Both the position numbers and the translations under genes were made by a program. From Patescibacteria group bacterium (lineage in GTDB: Bacteria > Patescibacteriota > Patescibacteriia > Patescibacteriales > UBA12075), in NCBI GenBank assembly GCA_018897195.1, contig JAHILH010000003.1, positions 431 through 64,430 of the forward strand: a DNA stretch of 64,000 nucleotides. Direction: 5' to 3'. Position 1 is the first letter of the stretch. The number at the start of each line of letters is the position of its first letter. Below, piece by piece: positions 53,601 through 60,908 of the stretch. The notes under the pieces were generated by a model. That model made no database searches. It was not told the DNA's origin and was given only the letters and a program-made list of their open reading frames with translations.

Positions 53601-56600
53601 GGAGGGATCTTCAGAGACTGGTTTTCAATTAAAAGTTCATCAATTAAAGGCTGATAGCGCCACTGATCCGGCGGTTTCTAGTGATTCTCTTTATAATAAT
53701 AAAGTCTGTGATTCAGATACTTATGGAAGCCTAGACAATCCAATGTGTTTCGAGTTCTATAATAAGACGGGAAAAGTATCTTATAAATTTTTGCCGTATA
53801 CAATAGCTTGTAGTGACGATTGTCATCCATATCGCCGCACAGCTGTGAATGTTGACGATAGTATAACGACGCAAGCTGCTTGTGGTAGTGTTATTTGTAC
53901 TGATGAAGGGGCGGACAAGAAAGACAGCTGCTGGGATGCTCTTTTGAGTAATTGCAATGTTTGTTTGAATGGCGGTAAGTGGAGCGTAGCAGGCCAGGCT
54001 TGTATCTATGATGCAATCCCCGGTGAAGGCAAGACTTGTGCAGCGACTCAAGATGGTTGTCGTGAATATAATGGTAATTCAGGAGCCAACGTGCAGATTG
54101 TTTTACAAAGTGATTTCGAGGGTAGTGCTTCCGGATGGCAGGGCCTTGATGGTACTCAGGCGATACTTGATAGTGAGTCATTGAAATCTGGTGAAAATTC
54201 TCTTATGATTACTAACGCTAGCGGTGATACCGGTATTTCTTATGACGTCTCCGATGTTGTTAAGCAAGGCAAATCTTATCATTTAGCTTTCTTGGCTAAA
54301 GGTAAATCAAATTTAGTTAATAAATTTACTAATATTTATTTTGATTCTGGTGTAGCCTCATCATCATTGGCAGTGAATGCCGTGATTAAGACCGATTGGA
54401 ATCTTTATGAATTGAATTTGACTTCATTAGATCATGAAATAAGCGTTGATGAAAAATTACTCATTAAGGCTAATGGCGATTTTTTTATTGATAACATTAT
54501 TCTTACGGAAATTACAGATCGTTATTACTTGATTAAGGGTTCATCGGTTATTCCAGATGTTTGCAATAGTGATATTTTTGGCAATTATCAGGGACCAGAA
54601 TATAATTTGGGTTGTGCTGAATACTCCTCTGAAGGTGATAATAATAAACATTATTTGCGTCAATTTACTAATTTGTGTCAGGAAAGCGCAATCGGTTGTG
54701 AGATGATGATTGATACGCACAATAGTTCCAGTGCAGCTGAGGATAATATTGCCTTTGTTGTTTATAGCAAAGATAAGGAATGCACCAGTGAAGAAAAGGG
54801 CTGTGAACGAATGGGAGAAGTATCTAAATATGATAGCGGTGTTACTGATAGTGTTATTGAGAATTTTTATACTGATGTCTATAAGCTCAATAATCCAGAT
54901 AACGTGCAGGGCAAATGTGCCGCTGATCAGGTCGGTTGTGATGAATGGATATTTGACACGGCGTCGAATAATAATGGTGGGGCATCATTGAGTTATTTCA
55001 AAGACCCCTTTGATATGACTTGCGAATGGCGACAAAAGGCCAGCTCTACCGATTTTGACTGGTATCGAAAAAAGATTAGCCGATGTGGCGGTGTTGAAGA
55101 TGGACATATTTGTAAGAGTGACAAGGATTGTAGCACTGAATTAATGGATGTTAAAAAAACATGTACACTGTTCGATAAGGATATTTCTTGCTATGTCAGT
55201 AGTCAAAAAACAATCGGCTATGGTGGTTACGGTAATATTGTTGACCAGCCAAGTAATTATTGGGTGGGTGCTTGCCCAACTAGTCAATCGACTTGTACTG
55301 AATATATTGACCCTATTTCTAATTTCAGTTCTAATGTTATTTATAATAGTGATTTTTCGCAAGATGTTGATGGTAATCGTGTTGCTGATGGTTGGAGTGA
55401 GAACAAAGAGCAGAGCGTGTCATTGGAACCGAATACTTTGTACACTTTTTCAGTTAAATCTGGTTCTGGTTTTACGGCAAGCGTGACAGCAAGAAATTTA
55501 ACGTTGTTAAATGAAGGCAATTTATTCGCAGCCAGTGGCGCAATTTCTATTACTGTAAACGATGATGCGATTAGTAAATCTTTTTATTCAAATAATTCTA
55601 ATGGCGCCGTTGTTGAAGTTAGTTCTTCTGATGTGGCTTCGGGAAACAGTGTTAGCCTGAAAAAGAGTGTAATTGATTATCAATTAAGTCAAAGCGTTAA
55701 TAGGGATGAATGTAATGGATCCTTGAATCCTAGTAAGGGCTGTGTTTTGTTCAATGAACGAAAGAAGCCGGGAGTTTCGTATAGTGGACTAATTTATGAT
55801 GCCGACACAAGTACAACGACGCTAACCAGTGTGGCTGGGCAGAATGATTCTAATGTTTTATTAAAAGTTTCTCCTGATCGCACCTGTGATGAATGGTTGG
55901 CTTGCAAGAGCTATGTCAAAGATGAGAATAATAATAATGTTTGCTACGGTGTTGGCTTATGTGATAGCATTGGCGCTAATAATGACTGCAACAATTTTAT
56001 CGTTCCCGATAGTAAAAACCAGCAAGCAATCTCATCTAATTTTAGTAAATATCAAAATGCTTCAGGTTATTCCGAAGTTGGTGTCGTTAATAATACTTTG
56101 AAAAAAGATATGTTGCCATTAGCGTCTATGACTCAAAATGGAGGCATGACAGTGGTTCCCAATGGTGATTTTGAAAGAAGCGCTAGTAAATATCCGCTTG
56201 GTTGGAGTCCTTCTAATGATCTGGCATGGACGAATAATTTATTTTCCGTGGTCGATAATCCTATCACCGCTCAGACCGAAGGTATTAAATATGCCGGCAA
56301 AGGTAAAGCCTTTTTGAAATATTCGCCAGCAGCGGGAAATATGGAATCTGATTTTATTGACGTTGATCCTGGCGAAAACTACTATTTATCAGCCGATATT
56401 AACACGCTTAATTTCTTTTCCAAGGGAAATGTTCCGCTTTCATTTTATATTAGAATCCAAACATTTAGCAGCGCCGGTGTTTTTATAAATTCTTTTGATC
56501 CGATTGTTTTCGCCAATGGCAAGGATTGGAGCCAGGTTGTTAGTAATTTTTGGGTTAATAATAATGTTCATCGCATAAAAATAGAGTTTTTGGGTTGGGT

Positions 56601-58467
56601 TAATAATTCTACTGTTTGTGCTGGTCAGGGCGACACTTGTTCTGGTAATGTTTATGTTGATAATGTTGTCATTAAGCCAGCGCTAAAGACTAGAGTGGTT
56701 AACGGTTTTTATGACACTGTTGCTCCAACTTGCCGGCTTTATCCAGAAAGTGATTCATTATCATGTGAATATTACGAAGACTCTGGAATTAAGAAAAAAG
56801 GTCGCTATGGTTATTGCTTGGAGTATGATCGTTATCCAGGTAATCCCAATGCTTGTTTATTGTGGTATCCAGTTGACCGTATACGTGGTGATTGGGAGGA
56901 GGATGTGGTTGGATATAATGATCGCTATCCCTTGTATTATTGTACGCAATTCCACTCTCGAAATTTAGAGCTTGTTGAGAGAAGAGTTGATACTCGTTTT
57001 GGACACGCTGAGCCGGGAGATGATGAGTGTGCTGGCGCTTATTGCAATGGCGCTGGATGCAGTACTTGTAAATGTCCTAGCGGATATATATGGGAGGATG
57101 TGGAGGGTGATGGCGGTTGGGATGGTAATCCGAATGATGAATATTGTCACCCTAGTGGCACAGCTAGTGCTTGCGGGGGCGGGTATTACTTATATGATGG
57201 TGATTTGCAGAATTTTGGGGGAAATGCTGGTAGTTATGATGAGGCAAAAACTGGAGTCAAATTGTGTGACAGGGATACAGGGGAATTATTTGATCCTGGT
57301 CAGTTCTCTGATTTGTTTTATTGTACTAGTTTGGCCAAGGTTGTGACATTTAGTAATAATAAACATTGGAGTGGGCGAGTTTATAGTGGTTCTGATTATA
57401 AAATTCAAACACTTAATTATGGCTACAAGATGCCTCTTGGACCGTTTAGTGGCGTAGTGTCACCGTATCTAGCAGAAAATCCTGCCGGCTGGGATGCTAA
57501 GAAAAACACTGACACTAATACCAACGTAGAGCCATTGCCAATAAAAAATTTCAAGGATGATGCGCTATACTCAAAGGAAGTTAATTCTGGGGCATTGTAT
57601 AGTTGTGAGGGTAATTGCATTAAAAGCGGTCTGTGTCAAAAATCTCGAAAATTCTGCTATAATCTTCCAGTGCCGCCAACTCCGCCAAATGCGGTTAATC
57701 CAAATAATAATTTTGTGAATTATTTTGAATGTGCCGTTGGAGATGTTTGTGAAACTAGTTTTCCAGTTTTGAGCACGGGTGATAATCCTGTCGCTGCTTA
57801 TGACAAGATTAAAAGAGTTTTTGCGGAAAGTTATGGTACTTGGAAGTGGGGCGGTAATAAGTATGTAAAAACTAGCTATAACTGGTCTGTTCCTCGGAAT
57901 ATTTGTGGTGGTAGCACACCGACCAATGTTAGACCGGCTTATCCAGACGATTTTTGTGGTATTCCGCCAAGGGTTAGCAATCTTTTAATAAGGGGCGTTA
58001 TAAATGATGCTGTTCTTCGTAAAAATGGCCTAATTAACTTATCTTTTAATTCCATTCTTGATAGTCAACAAATGCCTCTAGTTATGTATACGGTAAATTG
58101 GGGTGATAATAATAGTGACACCGTTTCCGGCATTGAAATATTACCAAGGATGAGTACGAGTAGTCCGCATGTACTGTACTATTCTTATAGTTATTGGGAT
58201 CTAAAGGCCAAAAACTCCATCAACAATCTTCCATCTGGACAGAATACTGTTTATTGTGGTGCTCATGACACTAAAACTGCTTTAAACGCAAGTGGTGATG
58301 CGATTTCCATAACGGCAACCTCAACGTCTGATTTTTGCGCTGTTAAACCTAAAGTGAAATTAAAAGATAACTGGGGGTGGTGTACTGGAGGTGTTGATAA
58401 TACCCCTTGTTCTGATACTGGTGATTATGCTAATTATCCAGGCTGGGTTATTGTGACGGAGCAATAG
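50668..58467 (+). CDS. Giant (2599 aa) N-terminally anchored, Cys-rich extracellular protein with four CBM4/9-like jelly-roll modules
   Basis: One uninterrupted ORF. N-terminal TM FWQSFVLGFFVVFLLFG. Four ~120-180-aa modules start with G/S/N-[GD]-F-E/S and end with [ILV]D[GN][IV]x[ILV] (nt ~52720-53095, 54105-54530, 55340-55690, 56155-56690). At least 13 copies of the motif C-x3-6-G/T-C-x2-aromatic. Confidence 0.8.
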   Translation: MTTENKKTIKKRFWQSFVLGFFVVFLLFGRGKNVAALFTGTDFAGGSVTDIASLGSADQAAFDQALGAGLIKVGDDGVVKTTLKGDMADAASWARTFAEQKTRDALSTLNAKTFWAAAQKSLNTIAYDTATWIGSGGKGQKPLFITEGWDKYLANIGDNFAGEYIEALSKKWDANLCNPSFDIKIKILGGLSGPYRKKAPACTFTTMKKNWESELARPDFLNRFQNMFEPNSNDLGIALSLQTNLMEASANKTRLAEERVKNKKGWLDVTDIAGNLTGLPTDQIVTYQLQKDGTTRAIAANTFTGTMVDAVNVFLNQLAATVFSNLLKSLTGAPATSPYTGDYGLVNVNAGGGSGGTEAVKEQFKKIIEPNFTVRGDYDILAELTICPDPTKAGPTNCVITDKFRQAIAGRMTVGEAMDQKYLNQDAIFGFRLDGLEPKYNEDYPYRSMIILRKFRILPVGWEVAAQYIKDPATGTGVRSLKDLVDCFSDNDARNGYSANWCKGLVDPDWVLKAPLGYCKKEGYGPEILSENITGEGSASKLSISRNNNYCADEQSCIKEKADGSCDVYGYCTEEKRKWNFGSNSCEPIYNTCQTFRSRQGNTVSYLQNGLDFNNCSADAVGCREYAMGVSASNGFYNVVDNSVKWSLSSASSTFNRIMSDCDVKGEGCHQFIRTEMSNGANIFGGFEDLFDATVDATAAFGDKSVKLTHDIATTVPAFKIDVDLKGYYYTFSVSAKNCGTNGVIGIGDSLTNYSSSTLETTDQWQRFAVSHYFNKENESNDGRVWIGVIGADYANCLIDGVKVEKSKNPTVFSEYAQVGVIYEKLLPNYLEYVCYDDPGLNYSLKSTAPAICNSFARKCNAEEVGCKMFTATTDKMTIPASVIPTDYCDASCNGYDEYLQSESAFDSRRSAYLIPTKTKTCGAEAVGCDQFTNLDKVGDSAQKEKVDQYGAEAVEYYSELKQCVKAGDVACAEFYTWEGSSETGFQLKVHQLKADSATDPAVSSDSLYNNKVCDSDTYGSLDNPMCFEFYNKTGKVSYKFLPYTIACSDDCHPYRRTAVNVDDSITTQAACGSVICTDEGADKKDSCWDALLSNCNVCLNGGKWSVAGQACIYDAIPGEGKTCAATQDGCREYNGNSGANVQIVLQSDFEGSASGWQGLDGTQAILDSESLKSGENSLMITNASGDTGISYDVSDVVKQGKSYHLAFLAKGKSNLVNKFTNIYFDSGVASSSLAVNAVIKTDWNLYELNLTSLDHEISVDEKLLIKANGDFFIDNIILTEITDRYYLIKGSSVIPDVCNSDIFGNYQGPEYNLGCAEYSSEGDNNKHYLRQFTNLCQESAIGCEMMIDTHNSSSAAEDNIAFVVYSKDKECTSEEKGCERMGEVSKYDSGVTDSVIENFYTDVYKLNNPDNVQGKCAADQVGCDEWIFDTASNNNGGASLSYFKDPFDMTCEWRQKASSTDFDWYRKKISRCGGVEDGHICKSDKDCSTELMDVKKTCTLFDKDISCYVSSQKTIGYGGYGNIVDQPSNYWVGACPTSQSTCTEYIDPISNFSSNVIYNSDFSQDVDGNRVADGWSENKEQSVSLEPNTLYTFSVKSGSGFTASVTARNLTLLNEGNLFAASGAISITVNDDAISKSFYSNNSNGAVVEVSSSDVASGNSVSLKKSVIDYQLSQSVNRDECNGSLNPSKGCVLFNERKKPGVSYSGLIYDADTSTTTLTSVAGQNDSNVLLKVSPDRTCDEWLACKSYVKDENNNNVCYGVGLCDSIGANNDCNNFIVPDSKNQQAISSNFSKYQNASGYSEVGVVNNTLKKDMLPLASMTQNGGMTVVPNGDFERSASKYPLGWSPSNDLAWTNNLFSVVDNPITAQTEGIKYAGKGKAFLKYSPAAGNMESDFIDVDPGENYYLSADINTLNFFSKGNVPLSFYIRIQTFSSAGVFINSFDPIVFANGKDWSQVVSNFWVNNNVHRIKIEFLGWVNNSTVCAGQGDTCSGNVYVDNVVIKPALKTRVVNGFYDTVAPTCRLYPESDSLSCEYYEDSGIKKKGRYGYCLEYDRYPGNPNACLLWYPVDRIRGDWEEDVVGYNDRYPLYYCTQFHSRNLELVERRVDTRFGHAEPGDDECAGAYCNGAGCSTCKCPSGYIWEDVEGDGGWDGNPNDEYCHPSGTASACGGGYYLYDGDLQNFGGNAGSYDEAKTGVKLCDRDTGELFDPGQFSDLFYCTSLAKVVTFSNNKHWSGRVYSGSDYKIQTLNYGYKMPLGPFSGVVSPYLAENPAGWDAKKNTDTNTNVEPLPIKNFKDDALYSKEVNSGALYSCEGNCIKSGLCQKSRKFCYNLPVPPTPPNAVNPNNNFVNYFECAVGDVCETSFPVLSTGDNPVAAYDKIKRVFAESYGTWKWGGNKYVKTSYNWSVPRNICGGSTPTNVRPAYPDDFCGIPPRVSNLLIRGVINDAVLRKNGLINLSFNSILDSQQMPLVMYTVNWGDNNSDTVSGIEILPRMSTSSPHVLYYSYSYWDLKAKNSINNLPSGQNTVYCGAHDTKTALNASGDAISITATSTSDFCAVKPKVKLKDNWGWCTGGVDNTPCSDTGDYANYPGWVIVTEQ

Positions 58468-58522
58468 TTCATACTCTCTTAAGCCGTAGATCTTTAAGCG
58501 CTTGTTGGCTTAATCTGTTTTT

Positions 58523-60112
58523 ATGATTTTCGATAAAATAAAAAAAACCATAAACATAATAGAGAATTCAGAATATTCCATCTTGTCTTATTTTTTTAGT
58601 TTTTTTGTGATTATAAATCTTAGGTGTTTTCTGGAGGTTTTTTCTAGTGCCTCGAGGATAGATTTTTTGCAGTATTCCCACTACGTATTGTTTTATTTTT
58701 CTATTGTTATATCCTTTGTTATTTTGTTTTATTTTGCATCCAGGGAGAAAATAGAAAAAATATTTAAAGTTGTTCTTTCTTTTTCGCCCGTTATCTTGAT
58801 CCCACCGTTAATTGATTTGTTGGTTTGTGGAGATAGGCATTGTACAATGACCTATTTGACTAATTCTGCTACCCATTCTAGTAATCTATTGGCTAGGTTT
58901 TTAACGCTTGGTGGTGAGTACCGCAGTATTGGGGGAATAACTCCAGGAATTAAGGTTGAGTTGATTGTCGTTCTGTTGGCAAGTTTTGTTTATTTCTTAC
59001 TTAAAAAGAGGGGGTATTTAAAAAGTGTTTTTTTTGCATTTATTACTTACGTTATTTTTTTTGCTTATTTCGCTACGCCAATATTTTTAAGTTTATTTCT
59101 TGAAATTTTTAATAAAAATATCAAGGATAATTTTAATTTTTATCTTGCTAACTACTTTATTATTATTATTTCGTTGCAACTCATTGTTGTTCTTTTTTTG
59201 TATAATAGAAAGATATTTAATGCGATAATAGGGGATATGCGCTGGTTGCGAATTTTATATTTTGAAGCGATGGTATGGATCGGCTTGTTTATTGCCAGGG
59301 GTGGTTTAGGGATAAAAGGCTACTATCTGAATACTACTAATGCCTCTGATTCGTTTGTCAATTTTCCTTTTCCGTATTTAACATTTGCGATAATTATGGT
59401 TTTCGCTTGGTTGTATTCAGTGATTGGCAATAACATAGAAGATTTCGAGATTGATAAAATTTCTAATCCAGATAGACCGCTGGTGAGCAAAAAGGTACCA
59501 GTGGATGTTTATAGACAAATTGGCAATATTTCCTTAATATTGGTATTATCATCCTCCGCTGTTGTAGGTTTTTCTGTTTTTTATTTCTTATTAATCTTTA
59601 TTGGTAATTATTTTATTTATTCAACACGTCCGTTTCGATTAAAGAGGGTGCCAATACTTTCTAAATTGGTAATATCCGTAAATTCGTTGTTGCTGATGCT
59701 TGTTGGTTATCTTTATGGCTTTAATGCCGTAAGTCAAAGCGCGTCTAGTATCATCAGGACTTTTCCAGGAGAAGTTGTTTTTTTTGTTTTGGTGTTAATG
59801 ACTCTTGCTATTAATTTTATCGATATAAAAGATTATGAGGGTGATAAAAAGGCTGGTATAAAAACATTGCCAGTTATTCTTGGTTTAAGGCGAGGCAAGA
59901 CTGTGATTGGAATGTTTTTTCTAGCCGTATATGTGTCTATTTATTTTATTTTCAGGATAAATATTTTATTATTTTTTTTCTTATTAATTATCGGAATGAT
60001 TCAATTTGTATTGATTAATCGGAAAAAATATACAGAAAGGCCAATTTTTTTATTTATTTTGTTAAGCATCTTGATTCTATTTTTTGGTAAATTATTCGCG
60101 GTGAGTATTTAA
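58523..60112 (+). CDS. UbiA-superfamily prenyltransferase domain with a ~230-290-aa polytopic N-terminal extension
   Basis: 529 aa, about 14 hydrophobic segments. First Asp-rich motif NNIEDFEIDKISNPDRPL (NxxxDxxxD...RPL). Second motif DIKDYEGDKKAGIKTLPV (DxxDxxxD...G..T). Confidence 0.7.
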   Translation: MIFDKIKKTINIIENSEYSILSYFFSFFVIINLRCFLEVFSSASRIDFLQYSHYVLFYFSIVISFVILFYFASREKIEKIFKVVLSFSPVILIPPLIDLLVCGDRHCTMTYLTNSATHSSNLLARFLTLGGEYRSIGGITPGIKVELIVVLLASFVYFLLKKRGYLKSVFFAFITYVIFFAYFATPIFLSLFLEIFNKNIKDNFNFYLANYFIIIISLQLIVVLFLYNRKIFNAIIGDMRWLRILYFEAMVWIGLFIARGGLGIKGYYLNTTNASDSFVNFPFPYLTFAIIMVFAWLYSVIGNNIEDFEIDKISNPDRPLVSKKVPVDVYRQIGNISLILVLSSSAVVGFSVFYFLLIFIGNYFIYSTRPFRLKRVPILSKLVISVNSLLLMLVGYLYGFNAVSQSASSIIRTFPGEVVFFVLVLMTLAINFIDIKDYEGDKKAGIKTLPVILGLRRGKTVIGMFFLAVYVSIYFIFRINILLFFFLLIIGMIQFVLINRKKYTERPIFLFILLSILILFFGKLFAVSI

Positions 60113-60128
60113 CTAAATAGATTTTTTT

Positions 60129-60168
60129 AAAGAGATGAGTTAATGAATTAGACCATCTCTTTTATTTT
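60129..60168 (+). terminator. Hairpin terminator after the UbiA-like gene
   Basis: aaagagatg (60129-60137) / catctcttt (60154-60162), 16-nt loop, then tattttgggttttt. Confidence 0.45.
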
Positions 60169-60194
60169 GGGTTTTTGGCGAAATGTGATATAAT
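60167..60194 (+). promoter_or_regulatory. Possible extended -10 promoter for the 60297-64000 genes
   Basis: TTGGGT, 16 nt, TGaTATAAT (TATAAT at 60189-60194). Confidence 0.35.
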
Positions 60195-60296
60195 AAAGGC
60201 AATTGTGTATAAGGTGGAAAAGGGGGTTTGTTCTGAAATAGTTCAATATGATCAGGCTATAATGCGTGATTATAAAATTTAAAGTTAGGTAAAAAT

Positions 60297-60893
60297 ATGT
60301 CAGAAGCCGTTTTAAACAATGTAGATCAAATGATGATGGCACGGAATAACCGGGTTGATGAGGGTGGCCGAGCGGGAGAGTTACGAGAGAGACAGATGAC
60401 GGCGCGAAGAGGGGTTGAGCCGACGGCGGCGGTTGAGGCGGGACGAGAACAGAGTTTGCGAGAGAGAGTGCAGGCAGCGCGGGCGATGAGCGCGAAGAAG
60501 AGTTTGAATAAGGCGATAAAAAGTAAGATAAAATCCCCAGCCATGGAGGGCACGAGCAGATTGTTGCGACAAGCCTGGTATTATCTGATTCCCAGCATGG
60601 GCTTTTCCTTGCTCTGGATCGATATCCACGTTTTAGGTTCTTTTGTTTTTGGCAAAGAAATTTTTTGCGAATTAGGCGAAGAGTGGCCGATTAAAATTGA
60701 TTCATACGCCGAATGGGCTTTATTTTTAGCCTTGAATTTGATGGCGATATTGATAATTGTATCAATCTTGGCTTTTTTGGGAATGATTGTAAATTTTATG
60801 ATGAACCCATTAGATAGTTTAGTTGAGTTTATAAAGCTTGGTTGGAGTGCTATTGGCGCATTGGCCAATTTATTCTTTGATGCTTGGAATTAG
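60297..60893 (+). CDS. Hypothetical membrane protein with Arg/Ala/Glu-rich, locally GC-rich N-terminal region
   Basis: 198 aa. aa 1-85 are charged (RAGELRERQMTARRGVEPTAAVEAGREQSLRERVQAARA). aa 95-198 contain 3-4 hydrophobic helices. Confidence 0.5.
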   Translation: MSEAVLNNVDQMMMARNNRVDEGGRAGELRERQMTARRGVEPTAAVEAGREQSLRERVQAARAMSAKKSLNKAIKSKIKSPAMEGTSRLLRQAWYYLIPSMGFSLLWIDIHVLGSFVFGKEIFCELGEEWPIKIDSYAEWALFLALNLMAILIIVSILAFLGMIVNFMMNPLDSLVEFIKLGWSAIGALANLFFDAWN

Positions 60894-60908
60894 TGATTTT
60901 TTAGATTT

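Noticed and set aside
51084-57620. Many 60-135-aa ORFs in other frames within the giant gene
   Set aside because: All are nested in a single 7.8-kb uninterrupted frame with consistent motif structure. I see no independent start or termination signals.
60363-60375. ggtggccgagcgg, reminiscent of the D-arm of type II tRNAs (Ser/Leu)
   Set aside because: There is no acceptor stem, no complementary D-stem strand and no GTTCGAATC-type T-loop nearby. The sequence lies inside a coding frame.
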